DNA of 63,525 bases, filler included, from Hyphochytrium catenoides (taxonomy: Eukaryota; Protista; Hyphochytriomycota), in NCBI GenBank assembly GCA_900088475.1. It is 8 parts of 8 records of this genome, joined end to end, with 100 filler letters (N's around TTAATTAATTAA, not from the genome) between each part and the next. Parts side by side here need not be neighbours in the genome. Positions count along the whole stretch, not along the records: positions 18,305 to 37,880 come from FLMG01000874.1; positions 37,981 to 41,676 come from FLMG01003645.1; 6 more parts are not named here. The stretch is one strand, 5' to 3'. Numbering within the stretch: position 1 is the first letter of the stretch; every line of letters starts with the position of its first letter. The notes below the pieces were generated by a model. The model was not told where the DNA came from. It did not search any database and was given only the letters and a program-made list of their open reading frames with translations. Below, piece by piece: positions 27,878-40,086 of the stretch. Both the position numbers and the translations under genes were made by a program.

Positions 27878-30414
27878 ATGAATAAGTACAGGGCGATCAA
27901 GGCGCTCGGCGATGGTGCCTTCGGACAGGTGACACTGGCATTGAACAGCCAGACAGAGGAGATGGTCGCAATAAAGACGATGAAGAGGAAGTTCGCGACG
28001 TGGGACGAGTGCCTCAAACTGAAGGAGCTCAGGTCCCTTAAGGCGCTAACCCATCAAAATATAGTTAAGCTAAAAGAGGTAAATAAGTCCTTCGCATTGT
28101 CCCTGCTAACTTCTCCTTTGTATGTCTCTATACTTCGAGCTATCCCTGTCTAAGTAGGCCTCTCGCACTCTCGCTCTCTTTGTCTCACCCGTAGACTGTC
28201 TTCGCACACATATGGTCCTTCTCTTCTTTCCATCTTTCAAAGTTGGCTCTTCTTCTCTATGGTCTCATGAAGCCTCCGATCTCTGGCCTCATGAACCCTC
28301 CGATTTCTGGCCTTGCCTTTTGTCTCGCTGCCTCCGCATCTTTATTCTCTTCCCCTTGGTCCCACCTTCTTTCCATGGAAATGTGTTGTGTCTCCTTGCA
28401 GTGCCCTCTGTATGTCCCACACTCTACATCCCTTACACTGTTTTCTCTCTCTCTCTCTCTGGTCCATCCCTCCGTCGCTTGCAGGTGATAAGGGAAGAAC
28501 AAGTGCTTTACTTCGTCTTCGAATATTGCGAGCTAAACCTCTTCAAGTTCATCAGAGAAAGCCAGAAGTTAGACACACGGATAACGGAGAGTCAGATAAG
28601 GAATATTATGCAGCAGGTGTGACCCACTTTCTCTTCTCCCGCCATCCATTACTACTTTCATCCCCCTTTCACGCTGCCTGACTCTCCGTGATAAACTCAA
28701 GCCAAGAGAAGTTTCACCTGCTCTGCGTCGCTCACCTCCGTGCCCTCAGCCCTCACAGCAGCCACAAGTTGTCACCAATAAATCATTTGTCTCCTGTTAG
28801 CCTGCGCTCTAGCTAGGCTCTCTTTTTTCACTTTCCATTATCCTCCGCTAGCTCATTTGCAGTAGTGTTTCTCGGTCTCAACCTTCGTCTCCCTCTCTTT
28901 CTCCTCCAGCTCTTTTCCGGGATAGCGTACACACATAAGCACGGCTTCTTTCACCGAGATATCAAACCGGAAAATCTCTTGATGACTGCAGATCTGCAAG
29001 TGAAGCTCGCAGATTTTGGTTTGGCTCGAGAGATTCGCTCTCGCCCTCCCTACACGGAGTACGTAGCTACTCGCTGGTACCGAGCTCCAGAGCTTTTGCT
29101 AAAAAGCTCGAGCTATAACTCTCCTGTGGACATGTGGGCATGCGGCTGCATTATGGCTGAGCTCTACAACGGTAAAACGCTATTTCCCGGTAAGGAACAC
29201 TCTTATGAGCATAGAAAAGTGACCTGAAGGTATACTAACTAAAAGAGGAACGCTAGAGGGAAAGAGCTCGAGAAATGAGAAGAGAGGACTATGCTACGAA
29301 CCAGATGCCTCATACGCTGACCTACTTGTCACCTTCTGTCACTCATTTTACACATGATAACGTCCCATTCCTCTTCTACTTTTTGCTGCATTTAAAGGCA
29401 CGAGCGAAGGTGATCAGATTCACAAGATCTGCCAGGTATTGGGCACTCCCACTAAGCAGAACTGGCCAGAGGGACTGGCCCTGGCAACACAGATGCAGTT
29501 CCGGTAAATGGCCTAGCATCAGTCGCCTCGCTCTGTCCACTTTCAATCTCTTTTTATCTTCATACCTTATCCCCTACATTTCAATGGTCGAGAAAAGAGT
29601 TGTCTCTTCTTTGGTTGGTCCATTACCAAGAACTCTTTTACACTGAGCTAGAGATCCCTTAACTAACTGCTGACTCTTCTCTGGGGCCGGGACTATTTAT
29701 CTCAATCGGCGCATCCCAAGACTCCCGCTATGTACCCCTATGCCGATGAGCCAGGTTGTCCCTTCTGCGTCTTATGAGGCTCAAATCCTCATCCGAGACC
29801 TCCTTCAGTACGATCCAAGCAAAAGACCAACCGCTACGCAATGCTTTAAGTATGCGTTTTTCTCCCAAGCTCAGGCAGAAGAGGAGGAAGACCGAGTGAT
29901 GGCCTGTGAAGCCAAGGAGAAAGAGAAAGGGGAAGAGGGTAGCGTGGAGGCCAATCATGAAAGTGGGAGAGAAGATAAATGGTATCGAAGAGAGAACAAA
30001 GAGCGAGGAGCGCAGTGGACCACAGCCGATAATGGCCAAGAGAGAGACAGGGTGGCTGAGCCCAAGATAATAGTCAAGAGAATGAGCAGCTTTTGCAAAG
30101 GAGAAGATGATGGGGAGAGGAGGGGTCTCATCACAAAAAGACTGTCACAAGCCGAGGAGGAGTTAGTGCTAGGAGAAGAGGATAAAGCTCCGGTCCTGAG
30201 AAGCAGAAGCTCTAGCAAGGCTTTGGAGCCAACTCTGGATGAAGACAAAGCCGAGGACGAGGATCTGGACGAGAAGGTGTCCCGAGGAAGTGCTCCAGAG
30301 AGAGAGAGAGGAGTCCCAGGCAGTTGTTATAGACACTCCACCGCAATGCTAGCTAAGAAGGGACAGAGTGAATCAGAGCTACTAGATTCCTTGCTGCAAG
30401 AGGTGACGCTTTAG
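27878..30414 (+). CDS. MAK/ICK(CILK1)/MOK-like RCK-family Ser/Thr kinase, 5 exons
   Basis: MNKY...[71 protein letters not shown] (TEY activation loop), followed by a charged disordered tail. Confidence 0.93.
28258..28315. repeat. 24-bp tandem repeat (about 2.3 copies) in kinase intron 1
   Basis: tgg(t/c)ctcatgaa(g/c)cctccgat(c/t)tc repeated. Confidence 0.8.
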
Positions 30415-30824
30415 GTGGAGACGGAGGGAAAAAAATTGTATCAGGAGGGAAGTAGATCAGTCAAGCAACGGCAAGAGGAGGAAGGAAGAGGGCGAGATTC
30501 TGGATTGGGTAATCTAACGCTATCGCTTACAATAACTTAATATTTCCTATGCGAGACGACCGGGATGACCTCCTCCTAACTGTCCTTCAACCCTGTCAGC
30601 CATCGAATGGTCACCAACGCGCGCCGCTTGAGTGGAAGCCCGGAGAGGGACGGAGTAAGTGTACCATGCACCAGCATTGAGGACTAGGGCTATAAGAGGT
30701 GACCTCCCTCTACCTCCTTGCCCTGTCCGAGTGCTGGTCGTCGCTCTGGCCATACCTTTAGTATAAAAGACCTAGGAGCTCCCTGTTCTCCCTACATGCG
30801 GTAAAGAGGAGCAAGGGTAGCTGT

Positions 30825-32765
30825 TCAATCTTCGTCCTCGCCTTCCTCATCGTCAGACTCGTAGGTATCGTCATTCTCATCCATCTCTCCTAATACGCCG
30901 ATCTTTCCGCTTGCCTCCAATAAAGTCTCTATCTCAGCTACGCCCCCAGATGAAATAGAGTTCCCGTTAAGGTTCAAAGTCTTCAGAGAAGACTTCTCCC
31001 TAACTCCCTGGACAATGGTCAAAGCACCTTTCCTTGTTATGTCGTTTGTGGCAAGATTCAGGACGGCGAGGAGAGGGAGAGAGGGTGAGGCGAGGAACTT
31101 CGACAGCTCCATTGCCCCCTTAGATCCAAACTCATTCTCCTCTACTTCCAGAGTTTCCAGTTTGCCCTTAGTCGAAATGCATTTTCCTAATGCCACCGCA
31201 GACTCTACGCTCAACTCATTGCTGGAGAGGTCGAGGAAAGAGAGAAGAGGCGCAGAGGTTATCAGCGAGGCGCAAATCTCCTTCAACCCGTCGTCTCCAA
31301 GAGAGCAATCCCGCAAGTTTAGGTGTGTCAGCTGAGCTTGAGCTGCACGTTCCAAGAGTGAGGGTAGCGAGATAAGGAAGAAGAAGGGTTAGAGAATGTT
31401 GCGCAAATTGTTGCTTGAAGAAGAGAGTGCAGAAAGACAAGGGCAGGAGCAGCATTATCAATAGAGGATAAACCATGTCAAGAACTACAAGGCAAGGATG
31501 AGCCGCGATTATACTGGCCAGATGACAAGAGCTGGAATATGCGAACAGCAGTGACTACCGGCTCCAAGTGACCGCCAGAAAAAAAAACGCTATATAACCC
31601 TTGGCAAGGGCAACAACAGTTGGTAGACCAAGGACGTAGAGCTGAAATTTCAACGAGATGGGGAGACAGACTGAAGCAACGAAAACCATGAAAGAAAGAA
31701 GAGCTGCTTGTGTACCTGAAAGAGCCTTCGCCAGTTCTTTCGCTCCCTCAATGCCAAAAGTGTTGTCACTTAGATCCAAGCGCACTAGAGATTTTAGACT
31801 GGCCATCCCCTGGGCGAAAAGAGCGCAACCAGTCCTTCCACAGCGAGTTGCGGAGAAGCGGAGGTCCGTGAGTAGGGGAGAAAGAGGAAGAAGCTTTCCG
31901 ATGGCTGCTCCACCTTCATCGCCGCTCATGTTGTTATAGAAATGGAAAGCCTTTAGTTTCGTGGGCTCTTTTTCTCCCCTAAAGGACAAAATCTCCACAA
32001 TATACTGAGCTGCCTCTCCGGACATGCCATTGTTGCAGAAGAAGATCCTCTCCAGTACCGCTTGTTCCTTAAGAAGTGAGAGACAGGCTCTTACCCCCTT
32101 CTTTCCAAGGGCGTTATCACTCAGGTCTATCTCTGTGAACTGGTGTGAAGAAAGGGAAGTGCAGAGAGTTTCCAAGACCTTCAGTGCCTCGTCCTCTGGC
32201 CTTCCTGCAATCATATCTGCAAGATCGGCCTCTTTCAATCCCTGTAATTCTCCTAGAAGGCCGGCGACAATTGCAGCTCCTTTCTCAGTGTAACTCTTAT
32301 TAGACAGAGAGACCTTTTCATATACTCGTTGCGAGGAAGAGATGAACGGCTGAATGAGAGCTCGGGCCCGATTCTCATCAACGACTTCTCGAGATCCGCC
32401 GAAAGCAAGTACTGGGAGACCAAGAGAGTGTGATTCAAGCGAGAGTAAGATAGACGTAAGAATCAAGCTTAATAAAACTGACAAAGTAACAAGAAGTATC
32501 ACGGAGAAAGAGCTCTTGCTTGCACTGTTTCCCCCTTAAACGGCGTCAGAAGGAAGAAAGTCAAACAAGCACATACTACCCGAGGTCTCTACAAGTAGGA
32601 ATAAAAAGATGAGAATGGGAGCATTTACTCCAGAGAAAGGCTCTACCTGACGGTGCAGCACTGTCGCCAATAGAAACTGCCTTGCTGAACGCCTCTGCCA
32701 AATCAACTTCGTCCTTTGTAACTGAGGGCTCCTCAGGTTCCTCCTCCGTCTCTTCTTCTTCCTCC

Positions 32766-32798
<33 letters not shown>

Positions 32799-34523
32799 CC
32801 AGCGTTCTCGTCATTCTCCTCCAACGAGGATAGTACGTCCAACTTGTTGGCTTTCTTTAGAACCTTCTGTATCTCCTCCACTCCAGCTGCAGAGATACAG
32901 TTGCCATCAATTTGCAGGTGCATAAGCCCGGGCTTGCCTGCAACTGCTTGCGCCAGAGCGATGGCCCCGCTAGCCATTATCTCATTAGTTCCGACATTGA
33001 GAAGAATGAGAGATAACAAGCACTCCTCCTTAGACAGAAAGGAAGAAAGGACCTTTGCTCCCTTGGAGGCGAGCTCATTTTCCTCCAGGAGGATCTGCTC
33101 CAAGTGCTTCTTTTCTCTCACACACTCGCCTAGAGCAGCCATTGATCTGTAGGTCAACTCGTTGCTGGATAAATCAAGAAAGGAGAGGTTGGGGGCACTT
33201 TTCTTCAACGAAGAGAGAACAATCTTGGCCCCTTTGTCTCCTAAGTCCGTGTCACGAAGGTTAAGCGAGACCAAGTGCACCTAGAGAGTGACGAAGAGCG
33301 AAGACGGTTAATGAGAGCAAAATGAGGGAGGCGGAGAGAGAGGAAGGACAGAGAAGAAAATGCGAGGCCAGAAGAGCTATGGCGCTATGCAAAAGCTGTC
33401 CATTTTTTTGCCAGCCCTACTGCTTAACATGGTTGAAAACCTGGACGCGCTTACGCGCTGAGCACTAAACGGAACAAAGAAGAGGAGACTATAAAACAGC
33501 AAGAAAGAGAGAAAAGAGAGCACTGCTTCAAGCTCCAATAAAAGAACCACACCTGCTGGCCGAGGGCACCCGCTAGCATCGTCGCTCCTTCAACGCCAAA
33601 AGTGTTGTCACTCAGATCCAGCTTCCTTAGCAGCTTCAGAGACTTAACCCCTTCTGCGAAAAGGGTGCTTCCCTTTCTCCCGCATCTGGTGGCCGAGAAT
33701 CTTAGCTCTTGAAGATTAGGAGAGTGCTTCAGAAGTTGTCCCAGAGCTATGCCGCCGCCATCTCCGCTCATGTTGTTATAAAAGTGAAAAGTCTCTAGTG
33801 CTGTCGACTTTCCTGCGCCCCTGAAGAGAAGAAGCTCAACAATGTACTTTGCTGCCTCGGCTGACATTCCATTGTTGCAGAAGAAGAGGTGTTTCAGCTT
33901 CTCCTGTCTTTCTAGCACGCCCAGACAAGCTCTAGCGCCTTTCTCTCCTAAGGCATTGTCGCTGAGGTCCACTCTTTCAAGCTGGTTGTTCTGAAGTGCT
34001 TGACAAATAGAGTGAAGCACCTGCAGAGCTTCTGCCTCCGGAAGCGAAGCAATCATATCAGCGAGATCAACATCTTTTACGCCCTTCAGCTGACAGAGAT
34101 AGTCAGCAATGACAGCAGCTGCGGGCGCAGTGTAGCATTTGTTGGACAGTGATACCTAACAGGAGAAGAGCAAGGGTAAGCCTGTGTGAGATAAGTGTGA
34201 AGGGGAAGTCATAGCGACTACCCTAAGGACGACTGAGGACCAGGGTATGCCAAGAATTTGTATAGAAGAGAGGGGGCTACATAGAAAAGCAATCGGGACA
34301 AGGGCATCCAGCCGAGACTTAGGCCATCAAAGTGAGGAAGGGAGGAGGGAACGGCGACACTCGTCCCCCTGTTAAGGCTGTTAGAATCAAATAACAAACA
34401 TACCGAGTCATACTTGGCTTCAGAGATCGGAAGAAGCGTCTCAATCATGCTTTGCGCTTTTTCCTTCGACACTCTCTCTCTTCCACCCGGGAGAGAAAGC
34501 CGCGACATATTCTCTCCAGTCAT
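30825..34523 (-). CDS. RanGAP: Ran GTPase-activating protein with two tandem RanGAP LRR + acidic-tail modules, modelled as a single ~856-aa gene (exons 34523-34404, 34155-33553, 33280-32647, 32411-31716, 31342-30825)
   Basis: Both halves carry VSLSNKxY, DLADMIA..PE.EAL, LSDNALG.KG, FFCNNGMS, FHFYNNMSGD, LRFSATR, LDLSDNTFG, LNLRD..LGD and a D/E-rich tail. The exon lengths sum to 2571 nt (857 codons) with no internal stop. Confidence 0.85.
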
Positions 34524-35108
34524 CGTAACACTTAGAGACCCAGCTTCTCTCTCCCTCTGACTCGCTTGAACCAGGGCTCCGCTCTGCTAACAACACTGCA
34601 GAGCTTCGGGTTCTGAGCTCTTTCTGCGGACGATGAAGGACTGCACGTGGCTGGTGAGCGCTGTAGGAAAAGCAGCAATAGAGTTCCTGTTGGACAGTGG
34701 CTTGAGAAGTTTGTATGAGAACAGGAGGGAAAGCGGGGTTACGAACCACAAAACCATAGAGAAAGACAGAGTGGGAAAGAGATACGTCTGAGGGGGGGTT
34801 GCAGGTGGGTTAAGGAGGGTTTAGAGTTGGAGATGTGCAAAATAGATATAACACTAGATACCATACCTGACATACAGGTGCAATCGAAAGACAGAGGAGG
34901 AAGGAGATCCATGCCGATCTGGCTCTCACTAATTACGCCAATAAAGGGATAGCAGAGAGATATTCTCGTTATTACTCTATGGCGATATGCGTTACACTAT
35001 CTCTATACGATATCTTTCTGCATGTCTTTCCCAGCCAAGTAGAAAGGCGACCATCCTAGGTCATCCATCATCGTTACTGATAAGCCAGATCGTTATCGCT
35101 TCATTTCT

Positions 35109-35983
35109 ATGGGATCAAAGGGTCAGAACGCTGTCCGGACGGTGATTGAGCTCTCCGGCGGCTGTCAGGCCAAACGGCAACAGTCAGATTATTGCACAGG
35201 CTTGAGGCCTAGCGGCAGGATGACTGCTTGGTGTTTAGAGAAGTTATATAGGTTGCAAGACCATGAAGATAGACAACAAGCTATGTGTGAGAAAGCGACT
35301 GACATAGGTTGTGGTTGCCCCCAAGCATGACGAGGGACCTCACTCTCCCTTCCTCAAGTCACATATTTTGTTTGGACAGTCTCCGGGAGGGGGTAAAAGG
35401 GACGGTTCACAAGATTTGAACTAGCACTCACTTCCTAGCAACCCATAGAGATGGCTAAAAGCATCAGCTTCCAGCTATCTTGTTGTCTAGCCAGGAGTAC
35501 CCGTCTTGTCTTCTACTATATGGCTTATCTCCCCTTTTCCGTATGCTGCAGAGCTTTCCAGCAGATATGTTAACGTGCAAAATCGACCTTGACGTCCTAC
35601 CGCTAGAGAAACTCCCAAAGAAAATGCGGTTCATACACAAACGTAGAACGGAGGATGTCGTCTCACGAAAAGGGAAGGATCCGGGGAGGTTTGATCAAAG
35701 AGGTTGTGCTATCAACTCCCCTCCATCTCTTGACAACTCTGGGACAGAAGAATGTGCATCAGATGCGCCAAACAGGTACCTGAAATCATCGTCCTGCCCT
35801 TGCCGGGATGCGGAGAAGATGGAGCTACAGGCCGCGACGTTGCTGACCTAGCCTGACCATGAAGAGATACGCATTACCCAAGTATTCTGGAAGGAGGTTG
35901 AAACGGAGGAGCCTGCGAAGGGGATGCGTCTTGTCTGCCTTGGTGAAAGAGCTCCGCGAAGCTCTGAGGCATTGCTGAGATGA
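35109..35983 (+). CDS. Hypothetical spliced protein, family not recognised
   Basis: Exon-like segments SFPADMLTCKIDLDVLPLEKLPKKMRFIHKRR / RMCIRCAKQ / PDHEEIRITQVFWKEVETEE can be joined in frame by short GT-AG introns. The start is uncertain. Confidence 0.4.
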
Positions 35984-36164
35984 GATATACCTTGCGCTTC
36001 AGCGGTCATAGGGGCACTCATGGTCGTCTTGTTGGCCGTCCACCGGGGCCGTGCATAAGAGATGGGGGCATGACTTTTCTTATAACCAGCGGAGGAGAGT
36101 TGAGCTCCCTCAACAAAGTCTTCTGCTCACGCCTCTTTTTCCTGCAACATGTAATCCTCCCATT

Positions 36165-37064
36165 TCACGTAGAAGTCGAATCTGCTTGGTTTCCTCTCTT
36201 TACGGCCTTGTAGATAACTAGGGCGACTGGGTTAAAGTTCTGATCGCATTCTTCCCTATCCACGAGACTCATCACGAAGTACTGTGCCATTTCTGCAAGG
36301 AACATCTCCATCACATTGCTGTCACGGAGGCTGACAGCCAAGAAGACGATGGTCTTGGGCCCACAGAACTGCAGGAGCGTTTGCACTAGTGGAGTTATCA
36401 AGCTCTCTGTGTAGACACAGTCAGCAGCCACGATGAAATCAGGGAAGTAGCAAGGAGCAACCTCTTCTCCATACTTTGATTCGCTCTTTTCTTCTTCTCC
36501 CCGAGATAAGAAGAAGTTCATTATCTCCCCGATGTCGTTCTCCTCTCCCCACGTGATCTCCATGCTTTTGACAGAAGGCTTACAGTCATTGAGCTGCATG
36601 TTTTGGTTCAGAAGAGGAAGCATAGCTTCCATGTCGGTGAGTAGTACTCTTTCGATGTTCAGGCTGCGATGGAGGTAGATCCCTAAGAGCCCACAGCCTG
36701 AGCCCAACTCCAAAACCGTAGTCTCCATAGAGAGGCCAAGCCTTTTCCTCTGTTTGACTAGATAGGCTCCAAGAACAATTGAGCCGTCCCACACTGCTGC
36801 TCCAGTCATGCCGGGAATGGACTGCAGGTCGCGGTTCTGTTTGATGTGCAGGGGTGGAGCTCCTGGCAGGTCAACGCTAAAAACCCCGGCGTTCTGTCTG
36901 CAGAATACGTTTTGCACAATGCCTTCAGCGCCTCGTGCAACATAGAGATTGAACACTTCTTCCTCTGCCCATTCTTGGGCCAGTCGAGCATTCATATGCC
37001 TATTTCCCGAGCAATTTTCTTCTTCTTTCCCGTTCAGTGCTTGCTGTGCTTCCGGTTCTTCCAT
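36165..37064 (-). CDS. Class I SAM-dependent protein-lysine methyltransferase, METTL21/Methyltransf_16 family, intronless
   Basis: TGAAVWDGSIVL, VLELGSGCGLLG (motif I), VLLTD, ITWGE and DFIVAADCVY (DxxY motif) in a 299-aa ORF. Confidence 0.9.
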   Translation of the reverse strand: MEEPEAQQALNGKEEENCSGNRHMNARLAQEWAEEEVFNLYVARGAEGIVQNVFCRQNAGVFSVDLPGAPPLHIKQNRDLQSIPGMTGAAVWDGSIVLGAYLVKQRKRLGLSMETTVLELGSGCGLLGIYLHRSLNIERVLLTDMEAMLPLLNQNMQLNDCKPSVKSMEITWGEENDIGEIMNFFLSRGEEEKSESKYGEEVAPCYFPDFIVAADCVYTESLITPLVQTLLQFCGPKTIVFLAVSLRDSNVMEMFLAEMAQYFVMSLVDREECDQNFNPVALVIYKAVKRGNQADSTST

Positions 37065-37726
37065 AGCCCGTGAATGAAGCTCTGCCCTTGAGCAGTACGA
37101 AGTGCAGTGTTATTTTCCCCTCATGCGCTGTAAAGTGCAGCCGTTTGCCACTTCAACGCGGCGGTCAGCTCCACGTCCGGCACTGATGAGCAGTCCTTAG
37201 ACTTGGGCCACCGTGGAGCTTGCGAAAGATGGCTCTGCACTGATATAGCGTCAATGGCAGTTGCTCTCAAGCAACGCCGACCGATGAGGAGGAGGAGCTG
37301 ACGAAGCCGCTGATGGACAATTGAAGAACAAGAGGGAGGGAGAAAGGACAAGTACTCCCATCGCCCTCACTTCTTCGCCTCATCTTCCATCAGCTCTTCT
37401 TACTGATCAGCTCATCTGGGCTCATCTGGCCCACAGCTCTGCTGATCGCACAACAGGAAGGTGGCTTGTGGCTTGGTCGAACTGTATGGAGGAAGCTGTC
37501 CAGCTAGGGACAGAATGATAGGTAGCCGCTAACCGATCCTAGGAGTCAAGACCGCTAACGGTTATCCTTGACTTAGCTGTTCCGGTAACATCGACGACAG
37601 TGGGTGAGGTATAGGAGGAAGCATGACTTGATGGAATACCGACCCCCCTCCTACATCGGGGATATATCCGTTTCATTCCTACTCATTTCTTCTCCCATGT
37701 GTCCTTTCGACTCTCTCTCTCATTCT

Positions 37727-37757
<31 letters not shown>

Positions 37758-37774
37758 ATCTCTATCTCTCTCTT

Positions 37775-37805
<31 letters not shown>

Positions 37806-37808
37806 ATT

Positions 37809-37839
<31 letters not shown>

Positions 37840-37880
37840 ATCTCTATCTCTCTCTTTCTCTCTCTCTCTCTCTCTTCTCT

Positions 37881-37980
37881 NNNNNNNNNNNNNNNNNNNN
37901 NNNNNNNNNNNNNNNNNNNNNNNNTTAATTAATTAANNNNNNNNNNNNNNNNNNNNNNNNNNNNNNNNNNNNNNNNNNNN
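37881..37980. other. Artificial contig spacer
   Basis: 44N-TTAATTAATTAA-44N. Confidence 0.97.
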
Positions 37981-39328
37981 CCACTGTGATCATCAAAGCC
38001 GGATGTGGAATCACCCGCGGGCAGTTGACTTCGTCCTCGAAGTCAAGTTCCCTGGTTTTATACCTTTTAAGCGGCAGCGGGTGAAGGAATATAGATGTTA
38101 GTCAGGCTATTCGACACTAAGAGATTATCTATATCGCAAGAGCACCAGTTTAGTGTGGTCCCAAAGCCTGTCCGCTTGTACTCCTGCACATAGTAGTCCA
38201 GCTCTCCTTGAGTCAGCATGGACGACCTGGGAGGATCCCCGAAGGATGAAAGAGCTGACTTGCCTGTTTGAGAAGGGGTTAGAAGGACCCATTCACTGAG
38301 CAATAGTGACATGATATATAATACAGCGCCGACAGTCGACACCAGACGCTCCCACAACCGGCCACTCAGGACTGTAAGATCAGGCAGCTCCAAAAGATAA
38401 AGTACTAGCAATTTGGAAGTAGTTGTCAAGTGTTTCTCCAGCCGTTGCAAAGTGGCGGTACCTACCATCTTTGAGCAGCATCGCCCCTGGAATCCTCTCA
38501 CCAGGAGCAGCTGATCTCAAAACACATCGGAAGAGCTTTTCTGGGTCCGCATTGAATTCATGTTCTGCCTCTGGCTGAGTAAAGTAGAGCTGATACGCCC
38601 AGGTTGGCCTGTGCTTGACTATGGCCTCAAGAGGGATGAAGTGCTTGTTTGGTGGGGCATATGGGGTGCAAATGCCAGCCACAGCCAACACCTTATCAGG
38701 CCGATGCAGACAGACTCTCCATACGACGACTCCGCCCCAGTCGTGGCCAATGAAGACCGCTTTAGGGATGCTCAACATATCTACCTCGTACATCGATGGT
38801 CAACATTCAGAGCTCCAGGCTGCAGATAGGGAGTTCAAACTTAGGGCTGCTCACCTAGCAGCTGGGTCAGATCTTCGACCACATTCTTCTTCCGATAGCT
38901 CTCAACAGCTGAAGAGCCAATGGATTGTCCGAAACCTCTTAGATCTGTAACCAGAGTAGTTAATATATCTTGAGCATTGGTCTCTCAACGTAAGTTAGGC
39001 CCTCACCTGGGACTATCACTCTGAAGCCTGCATGGACTAGAGGTTTGATTTGATGCTGTCCATGTCACCATAAACTTAGAGAGACAGCGTAAGTTGCAGG
39101 CACCGTTTGCGTCGTGGACTCACCCGCCATCCATACCACAGATCCGGCCATCCGTGCACGAGCACTACTGCGGTAGGTCCTGCCATGGGGTCAGTCAGAT
39201 ATCCTATGGCGGCAATCTACTCTTCAAGTGGGAGTGTCCCTACCTTCACCTTCATCCACATAGTGAAGCTTGATGCCATTAACATACTGAAACCTATGAT
39301 TGAAGGACTCTGGGTCCCGAGGATCCAT
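37981..39328 (-). CDS. Alpha/beta-hydrolase epoxide hydrolase (soluble EH/EphA type); C-terminus cut by the contig end
   Basis: NGIKLHYVDEGEGPTAVVLVHGWPDLWYGWRHQI, VIVPDLRGFGQS, FIGHDWGG (nucleophile Asp), WAYQLYF, ELDYYVQEYKRTGFGTTLNWY and PALMITV; several short (~60-75 nt) introns. Confidence 0.92.
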
Positions 39329-40086
39329 CATTGCTCGTGCCATATTTGGAGCCAGCGTCTGACTCTAGAGCCGCTAGGAGAGGCGGAAGTACCTTGACTG
39401 TGACCACTACTTCAGCCTTTGATCCAGCCTCACTGTATCCGTATTTGATAAAGGGCTCGGGGCTTCCTAGCAGTTGCCACGCAGACAAAGACTCTGCAAA
39501 GGAGAGCTTGCCTAGCTAAACTTTCATTGACTCATCTCTCTCTTCCTCTCTTTCTCGTCCACCGCGAGACTCGCCTCGGTCTTGGAAGCCTGAGCCTTCT
39601 GAAGCTTGATGGTGCCTCTCATCAGAATCACGGCGCGAGTCTGATGTTTGACCTCTTGGCCATGTCCCCTATAGACAAAATGTAGCCATATGGGGGAGGA
39701 AAATGGAGTAATGGCCGTTAACGTCTCAGCTCGACCCCTATAAGGAATATTGTAAGATCCTTTGGGTAAGTGCTTCTGCGAAATAACCTCAAGGGTGGAC
39801 CACTCTTCTCTCTCCTCAAGCGCTTATAAAGGCCGCATGTTACCTTCGTGAGGATGGTCCACCAAAGAAGGTTTCGACTATCTCTTAGCAGAACCATTGC
39901 TCTTAAGATACATTGCTCACAGTCCCTGATAGTCCGTTCAGGAAGAAGTTTCAAGTGTCTTTTCTCTTGCTTGTTGCCATTGCGGACAGGAAAGTCATTG
40001 CACTTGAGCGCCAGAGGACCTCCTTATGGCTTATGGGTGACTGTCTGAGTCCTCGGTCCCTTGCCTGGGCATGACGAGAAGCTACC

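Noticed and set aside
30540-30760. GC-rich intergenic stretch between the kinase and RanGAP as a structured ncRNA
   Set aside because: No recognisable snRNA, SRP or RNase P/MRP motif. It would need an Infernal/Rfam scan.
35849-35851. In-frame TAG followed by coding-like sequence, suggesting stop-codon reassignment
   Set aside because: It is explained as an intron acceptor. Conserved exons elsewhere contain no in-frame stops, and TAA, TAG and TGA all terminate genes in this window.
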